DNA of 61,892 nucleotides from a virus. Its lineage: Duplodnaviria; Caudoviricetes. A program made the position numbers and the translations under genes. The notes beneath the pieces are model-generated. The model worked only from the letters and a program-made list of their open reading frames with translations. It had not been told where the DNA came from and ran no database searches. The DNA lies in the IMG/VR virus record IMGVR_UViG_3300033741_000103, positions 1 to 61,892 of that record. One strand, written 5' to 3'. Below are positions 56,968-61,892 of this stretch, one piece after another (within the stretch, counting starts at the first letter, position 1; the number at the start of each line of letters is the position of its first letter).

Positions 56968-57031
56968 TTGTCAGACATCGCGCTAATCGATAGTTGTTGG
57001 ATATGGGCAATGAAGCCTGACATCAGAAGGA
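56968..57031 (+). promoter_or_regulatory. Promoter-operator-hairpin-RBS cassette
   Basis: TTGTCA, TCGCGCTAATCGA (56978), TAGTTG, GGGCAATGAAGCCT (57005), GAAGGA. Confidence 0.75.
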
Positions 57032-57039
57032 ACGATCAA

Positions 57040-57255
57040 ATGACCACCCCTCACCAATTCACACTTTCCGAAATTCAGATGACGGCCGCTCGCGAATGGT
57101 GCGAACAGGCTGGTGTTACCATCACCACCATTACTGGCGGCGATAGTCTGAATGTGGCTGAGGTAGTCGGATTTGATCTCGAGAAGATCCCGGCGCGTGT
57201 CGCTTTGGATGTAGCCGGCAAGGAAGCCGAATTTCTTTGCGACCACGATTTTTAA
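57040..57255 (+). CDS. Small hypothetical protein
   Basis: After the cassette RBS. Confidence 0.65.
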   Translation: MTTPHQFTLSEIQMTAAREWCEQAGVTITTITGGDSLNVAEVVGFDLEKIPARVALDVAGKEAEFLCDHDF

Positions 57256-57265
57256 TTTTTGATTA

Positions 57266-57290
57266 TGGGCAACGAAGCCCACCGAAAGGA
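57266..57290 (+). promoter_or_regulatory. Hairpin plus RBS
   Basis: TGGGCAACGAAGCCCA, GAAAGGA. Confidence 0.7.
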
Positions 57291-57296
57291 CAGACC

Positions 57297-57644
57297 ATGA
57301 CAGAGATTAAACGCACGTTCGCCGAAGATGGCAGCCGGTACGAAATCGATTGGGGGCCATGCCATCCCGATCGCGGCTTTTGCCAGATCGATACCGATCA
57401 GGACGCGAGCTATTTCGGGATCTGGACGAACCCCGAGCGCATGATCATCGCCAGCTTCATCGAAGGCGACATCGAGGTTGAAACAGCTACCGACCCAGCA
57501 GACTACCGGACAGCGCTGGTCGCCTGCCTGACGCGCTACAAGCACCGTAGCCGCAGCCACGCGATGATCGATCTGGGCCTGTCTGGCCGGGCAGACATAC
57601 AGGATCAGTTTAACGCCCTCGGGCTCAATACGTTCACCTACTGA
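57297..57644 (+). CDS. Hypothetical protein
   Basis: QIDTDQDASYFGIWTNP motif; after hairpin and RBS. Confidence 0.7.
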   Translation: MTEIKRTFAEDGSRYEIDWGPCHPDRGFCQIDTDQDASYFGIWTNPERMIIASFIEGDIEVETATDPADYRTALVACLTRYKHRSRSHAMIDLGLSGRADIQDQFNALGLNTFTY

Positions 57645-57656
57645 GAGGATCCAGCC

Positions 57657-57854
57657 ATGCCACGCTATGCAATCGAAGCCAGCTACACCGGGATCAACGT
57701 GCACCTGATGAAGAAAGAGGATGCCGTTCAGATCCTCTCTCAGCGATACGACGACGAGGAGGAGGCTGATGGTTTCGCATTTTGTATGAACGTCAAAGCC
57801 GGGCAGCAATATCACTACAGGGTCATCCCGGCGCCAGAGCCAGAGGCCCAGTAA
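57657..57854 (+). CDS. Small hypothetical protein
   Basis: GAGGA RBS. Confidence 0.6.
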   Translation: MPRYAIEASYTGINVHLMKKEDAVQILSQRYDDEEEADGFAFCMNVKAGQQYHYRVIPAPEPEAQ

Positions 57855-57872
57855 AATAAGGTGCGATACAAG

Positions 57873-57937
57873 TTGACACGTCTCGCTACATGCGATAAGT
57901 GTTGATTATCGGGCAATGAAGCCCACACCTGAAAGGA
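57873..57937 (+). promoter_or_regulatory. Promoter-operator-hairpin-RBS cassette
   Basis: TTGACA, TCGCTACATGCGA (57883), TAAGTG, GGGCAATGAAGCCC (57911), GAAAGGA. Confidence 0.85.
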
Positions 57938-57943
57938 AACAAA

Positions 57944-58174
57944 ATGGCTTTTTCAACTGAGTTCTCCACACGCAAATATGAATTGTCCCACGGTCGCAAG
58001 CCGAAGGGCACAGGCAGCTGGGCCTTTCTGGTCATGCAGGGTCGGACAGAAGTTGAAACCGTTTTTGTTCCCGGCTCGATGTCACTGGCAGACGCTAAGA
58101 CGTGGATGCGGAGCTACGGCCGCACAAGCTACAGCCAGTCGACAGACTTTTTGGAAGTCGAAGTCGCACCTTAA
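57944..58174 (+). CDS. Small hypothetical protein
   Basis: SHGRKPKGTGSWAF; after the cassette. Confidence 0.7.
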   Translation: MAFSTEFSTRKYELSHGRKPKGTGSWAFLVMQGRTEVETVFVPGSMSLADAKTWMRSYGRTSYSQSTDFLEVEVAP

Positions 58175-58176
58175 TT

Positions 58177-58211
58177 CGCAACCGGGCCATGACGCCTGAA
58201 CCTTGAAAGGA
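58177..58211 (+). promoter_or_regulatory. Promoter-less hairpin variant plus RBS
   Basis: CGCAACC-GGGCCATGACGCCT, GAAAGGA. Confidence 0.6.
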
Positions 58212-58217
58212 TACCCG

Positions 58218-58475
58218 ATGACCATTAGCACAATTCAAGCCGCGAACCTCGCCACGCGCTACCATGACGCGATGACGATGGTGAGCACGCAATCATCCCT
58301 CCATCTGGCAGGGCGGATCTCGCCACGGCAGGCGCTGGAAGCCTATCTGCAAGCCTGCAAGGTTTGCGGCGTCCAGCTGCACAATGAGCACTGGGAAGCC
58401 AATGCCGAAATAGTGGTTGTCGAGCTGACCCAAAAGCGCCGTCACGCATTTAAGAAAATGCTGGAGATCTCTTAA
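58218..58475 (+). CDS. Small hypothetical protein
   Basis: After hairpin and RBS. Confidence 0.65.
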   Translation: MTISTIQAANLATRYHDAMTMVSTQSSLHLAGRISPRQALEAYLQACKVCGVQLHNEHWEANAEIVVVELTQKRRHAFKKMLEIS

Positions 58476-58477
58476 CC

Positions 58478-58506
58478 AACCGGGCAACGGAGCCCAGCCG
58501 AAAGGA
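58478..58506 (+). promoter_or_regulatory. Promoter-less hairpin plus RBS
   Basis: AACC-GGGCAACGGAGCCC, GAAAGGA. Confidence 0.7.
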
Positions 58507-58512
58507 AACGAC

Positions 58513-58947
58513 ATGATCCCCGATTTCAAAAAAGGCGAGCTGATCGCCAGCTACCCAGCTTGGGACATCTACCGGGCCAAGCCGCGCATCTATCTAGGAT
58601 TTCGGGAAGGCATATCTCGCCCGATCTTTAGTGCTAACGACATCCTTGGCCTGCCATTTGAAACGCAGCGCTATGGCACGATGTACCACTGGTTCACGTT
58701 CGGATCCGTCGCGTCCTACGCGCTGCATTGTGATAAATGCCCGATCGAGGCTTGGTGCAAAGCGAGGGCGAGGGGGCACAAGCTCTACTGGCTCAATCCT
58801 AATGGCAGCATTTTGACCGCAGAGAAGCGCGCCAAAGAGGATCGGGTCGCGCTGGATTTCGAGGATGAGATCATCTTTGAAGGTCATCTGTTTCGGATCG
58901 TCAAAGAGGCGAACCAGAACGCGGGCCTTGTGGAGGTAAGCCTGTGA
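58513..58947 (+). CDS. Hypothetical protein
   Basis: After hairpin and RBS. Confidence 0.7.
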   Translation: MIPDFKKGELIASYPAWDIYRAKPRIYLGFREGISRPIFSANDILGLPFETQRYGTMYHWFTFGSVASYALHCDKCPIEAWCKARARGHKLYWLNPNGSILTAEKRAKEDRVALDFEDEIIFEGHLFRIVKEANQNAGLVEVSL

Positions 58948-59198
58948 GACGCAAGGGGCCGAAATGGGATGACATCAAGCCGGGATCAAACCGCATCGAG
59001 GAGCGTCAGATTGACGGATACCGGCGGCGCGACAGCCGCCCCGGAAAAAGCCGGATCGAGATCAAGTGCCCGTTCTGCCAGATCTATCTCTGGGCATATG
59101 TCTGGAGCTTGAGCGGTGGAGGAAAACGCTGCGATTGCGGGGCGCTGATAGGGGGATCTGGGAACGTGTATCATTTTATTGACAGGAGCCAGACATGA
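58944..59198 (+). CDS. Small Zn-ribbon protein
   Basis: CPFC...WSLSGGGKRCDCGA. Confidence 0.6.
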   Translation: MRRKGPKWDDIKPGSNRIEERQIDGYRRRDSRPGKSRIEIKCPFCQIYLWAYVWSLSGGGKRCDCGALIGGSGNVYHFIDRSQT

Positions 59199-59482
59199 CC
59201 CCGGCCATGACTGAAATTCAGACCGCCCGCACGAAAGGCCGGATCGCTGCCCACGTTAAGCTGGGCGAGGTTTCCCACGAAGCTGCCAGCACATTCTGGC
59301 GCGAAAGCAGCTGCAGCGACACGCTGCACGCCTACGGCTATTGGGATGGGTTTTTGGCCGTGCTGGCTGAAACGCGGTCGAGCTACCGCACCGAGATGAC
59401 CGAGGCCGGCGAGCAATTCACCATCCCCGGCTGCGAGCTGGATGACGAGCGCACCGGCGCCAAGCAGCTGGGATTGTTCTGA
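59195..59482 (+). CDS. Hypothetical protein
   Basis: AGGAG RBS; ends QLGLF (beta-clamp-binding-like). Confidence 0.6.
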   Translation: MTPAMTEIQTARTKGRIAAHVKLGEVSHEAASTFWRESSCSDTLHAYGYWDGFLAVLAETRSSYRTEMTEAGEQFTIPGCELDDERTGAKQLGLF

Positions 59483-59886
59483 TGGCAAAGCATGGTGGAT
59501 ACGATAGTAGCCACCCTTGGTACTATCTGACAGGCGGGCGGATCCTGACCGTCGATGAGATCCGCGCGGAATCCTGCGCCGGTTGCGACAAGGATCGCAT
59601 CAGCAAACTGAACCTGATGAAGGAGCCGCGCCGGTCGGCCGAGATCAAACAGCTCAAAGCCAGCATCTCGGACGGTCTGAAACGAGACGCCGAGATCTAT
59701 GCAGAGCAAGCCGCGCGCGTTGAGTACCGCCGCCGTTGGCTCGGACCTTGGCAGGATCAGGCGCGGGATATGTGGGAGGAGCCAAATAGCGGGATCGGTT
59801 TCAAGCACAATCATCTGCGCTACGGCTTTTCGCAGATGCTCGGGCTGGACGCATTGACAGTTGAGGAGCAGCTGACGCTGTTTTGA
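59482..59886 (+). CDS. Hypothetical protein
   Basis: TGATG overlap; ends QLTLF. Confidence 0.6.
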   Translation: MAKHGGYDSSHPWYYLTGGRILTVDEIRAESCAGCDKDRISKLNLMKEPRRSAEIKQLKASISDGLKRDAEIYAEQAARVEYRRRWLGPWQDQARDMWEEPNSGIGFKHNHLRYGFSQMLGLDALTVEEQLTLF

Positions 59887-60014
59887 CCGGGGCACGATTT
59901 TAGCCCCGCCACGAACGAAAGGGCGGCTTTCCACCCTACCACCCATTAAATGACCGTTTGGGTCATACACGGCCGGATTTAGCTGGCCATCAACGGATTT
60001 GGAGAGATTAGACT

Positions 60015-60437
60015 ATGGGACATCGTGAGATTGATACGTCGACCACCGAAGGCTTCCGCGAGGGGATGGACGTGATGGATTTCTCAGTGGCGCGTTTCGC
60101 GCTTCTGGTCGGCGCACCGGAAAGCACCGTGAAAAGCTGGAAGGGCGGCGATAAGCCCGTCAATCCCTCAGCTGCGATCATGCTGAAATGGATGATCAAC
60201 GGCTATCGGCCGTACAACTGGCATATGACCGGCCCGGATCTGCGCGCCAAGCGCGAGGATATGCAGTTGTCTCAGGATGAGCTCGGGCAGATCCTTGATG
60301 TCGAGGCTGATACGATCGTCAAATGGGAAAGCGACTTTCGCGGCCCGCCGGGCTTTATCGCTCGGGCGATTGAGTGGCTGGACTCGGATGTTCCACCCTT
60401 TGACTGGGCCGCGGATTACGGCGCCAAGGATGGCTAG
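60015..60437 (+). CDS. Tandem XRE-type HTH protein
   Basis: SVARFALLVGAPESTVKSW and LSQDELGQILDVEADTIVKWE. Confidence 0.8.
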   Translation: MGHREIDTSTTEGFREGMDVMDFSVARFALLVGAPESTVKSWKGGDKPVNPSAAIMLKWMINGYRPYNWHMTGPDLRAKREDMQLSQDELGQILDVEADTIVKWESDFRGPPGFIARAIEWLDSDVPPFDWAADYGAKDG

Positions 60438-61071
60438 GCGGCATCGCTGACGTGATCTCGATCGCGTCGAGGACGACTGAAAACATCATCTGCGATCGGA
60501 TGTAATTCAAAGCGTTCCACCAGCGCTTATATTCCCGCCGCATCGATCTGATCTCATCCGGGTGAGGATCCCAATAACAAGGGCAGATCTCGTCTTTGTA
60601 TTTAACCCGGCGCCTGATTGGCAGCGCCGGGTTTTTTGGGTGCGGTGTCTGGATGGTCATGTAGCCGGTTCTGATGACCTCAGTTTTCGCCATGCGGCCC
60701 CATTTATTGGGCGCGCGCCACGCCTTCGGCTGCAGCTTAGGCACAAGCCCAGCACCGGCATCCGGCACCGACATGGCGCGGGCGTACTGGGAAAGCTGGA
60801 TCGCCGCCTGACGACCACCGACCCGGTCTGGCAGGCTTGAGACAAGCGCCGCAATAATGTCGGCATCATCATGCGGGCTGCTGCGCCCTTTCGAGACATC
60901 GATCTTGACGTTCCCGAGGCGCATACGCTGCATCAGGACATATTCTGTCCCGAAGCCAAATCCGCGTTCCTCGACATCGCTCAGATCCGGTAGCTCGAGC
61001 TGGGCTTTCTCAATGCCGAAGGCCCATTCGAGGGCAAAGCGTGCAGAGAGCTTTCGCTTTTCTAGGGCCAT
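60355..61071 (-). CDS. Conserved phage protein, possible late regulator
   Basis: LEWAFGIEKA, HDDADII; last gene of the replication operon. Function inferred from position only. Confidence 0.55.
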   Translation of the reverse strand: MALEKRKLSARFALEWAFGIEKAQLELPDLSDVEERGFGFGTEYVLMQRMRLGNVKIDVSKGRSSPHDDADIIAALVSSLPDRVGGRQAAIQLSQYARAMSVPDAGAGLVPKLQPKAWRAPNKWGRMAKTEVIRTGYMTIQTPHPKNPALPIRRRVKYKDEICPCYWDPHPDEIRSMRREYKRWWNALNYIRSQMMFSVVLDAIEITSAMPPSHPWRRNPRPSQRVEHPSPATQSPER

Positions 61072-61100
61072 TCGCGATCACTCCAGACTTTTTAAAATAC

Positions 61101-61286
61101 TCATCGGCTGCGGCCCTTCTGCATCTGGATCTTGAGATCTGCGATCTCTTGCCACTCCAGCTTGGTCGGTTGTTTCGTTTTGACGCCATCTGGCGCGTTT
61201 CGGATCATATTGGTGAAGCCTTCCAGCTCCTCCAATGAGCGTATAGATTTGATCGCGCCAGCGACAGTGCAGCACGCATCTCTCAT
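61101..61286 (-). CDS. Small hypothetical protein
   Basis: ATGA overlap with the MTase stop; MRDACC... Confidence 0.5.
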   Translation of the reverse strand: MRDACCTVAGAIKSIRSLEELEGFTNMIRNAPDGVKTKQPTKLEWQEIADLKIQMQKGRSR

Positions 61287-61892
61287 ATCGTCAGCGTGCC
61301 TTGGCGCGGATCCACCCGGTCCATCAGCCGAAACGCAGACTCGCCCACCCAGTTGCGATCCCAGACAAACCAAGCGTTGCGATGCTTCGGGGATTTCTCG
61401 CCAGTGAAGTCCAGTTTCCAGCGCATCAGGTAGCAGTAGGAAAACGGGTTGGCATCGAGCAATTCGCCCAGACCGTTCGCGCGGGCCGCCGGCCATTCCC
61501 AAGACAGCAACAGCGCCATGTAATCCCAATCCGGCATCTCGAGCGCATGGCGCAGCCAGCGGCCGTGCCCATCCTTCGCCGTGATGAGGTTGTAGGGCGG
61601 GTTCGTGATGATCGCCTTGCCGCGCGGGCGCAGGCAGCTGAAATAATCGCCCACCCAGCTGTCCGGGCATCCGTAATCGTGGATGTCTGAGGCGCAGCAC
61701 GGCAATCCATGCCCGCGGATCTGGCGAACCATATCCCCGCGCCCGCAGGCTGGCTCCCAGACGGTCCCTGATTGCCGGATCCGCTCACCGTCGGCGTGCA
61801 GGAGGGATAAGATCGCCTCTGGCTCGCCGGTTGGGTAGAAATCCCGCTCGACGCGCGTTTGATTAACCGGTGCGCGCTGCAGGGGCAGATCT
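61283..61892 (-). CDS. C-terminal part of the amino-DNA methyltransferase spanning the junction
   Basis: DFYPT, WEPACGRG (motif I), IITNPPY (motif IV), AWFVW. Confidence 0.85.
   Translation of the reverse strand, partial: DLPLQRAPVNQTRVERDFYPTGEPEAILSLLHADGERIRQSGTVWEPACGRGDMVRQIRGHGLPCCASDIHDYGCPDSWVGDYFSCLRPRGKAIITNPPYNLITAKDGHGRWLRHALEMPDWDYMALLLSWEWPAARANGLGELLDANPFSYCYLMRWKLDFTGEKSPKHRNAWFVWDRNWVGESAFRLMDRVDPRQGTLTI
61767..61892. repeat. Terminal direct repeat, right copy
   Basis: Identical to 2-127. Confidence 0.95.

Noticed and set aside
43109-58495. Hairpins as CsrA/RsmA sites
   Set aside because: Only 3 of 14 loops contain GGA; most have GAA or GAC.
43071-58506. Dispersed repeats as a CRISPR array or integron attC sites
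   Set aside because: Irregular gene-sized spacing, degenerate copies, no cas or integron integrase; they fit a promoter/RBS architecture.
61078-61275. 65-aa ORF from the track
   Set aside because: The alternative frame 61286-61101 has an ATGA overlap with the MTase stop and is more plausible.

Overview
The window is an apparently complete, circular, tailed-phage genome of about 61.77 kb. Bases 2-127 repeat at 61767-61892, and a DNA methyltransferase reads in frame across the join. The long tape measure and lack of a sheath gene indicate a siphovirus. An alphaproteobacterial (Rhodobacteraceae-like) host is inferred from GAAAGGA ribosome-binding sites and a GapR-like gene. Modules: (1) leftward replication operon: HTH, GapR-like, RuvC-like, DnaB, O-type initiator with internal iterons, MTase; (2) rightward recombination/early operon: RecE, RecT, DUF5131, LexA-like; (3) leftward late region: terminase, portal, scaffold, P22-type capsid, tail, lysis and a post-lysis fibre cluster; (4) about 18 kb of small rightward accessory genes. 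No integrase, CRISPR array or tRNA was recognised. Most notable: a genome-wide regulatory cassette with a sigma70 promoter whose spacer holds a TCGC-N5-GCGA operator (10 copies plus 3 sites at the HTH gene) and a conserved GGGC-MAYGRM-GCCC hairpin before the RBS (14 copies); a predicted antisense RNA over a coupled mini-ORF chain ahead of the initiator; an MTase-like/GNAT-like + ParB-like + DUF488 module beside the terminase; and a glycosyltransferase/methyltransferase cassette among the head-tail genes. Family assignments come from motif recognition by eye, not database searches.
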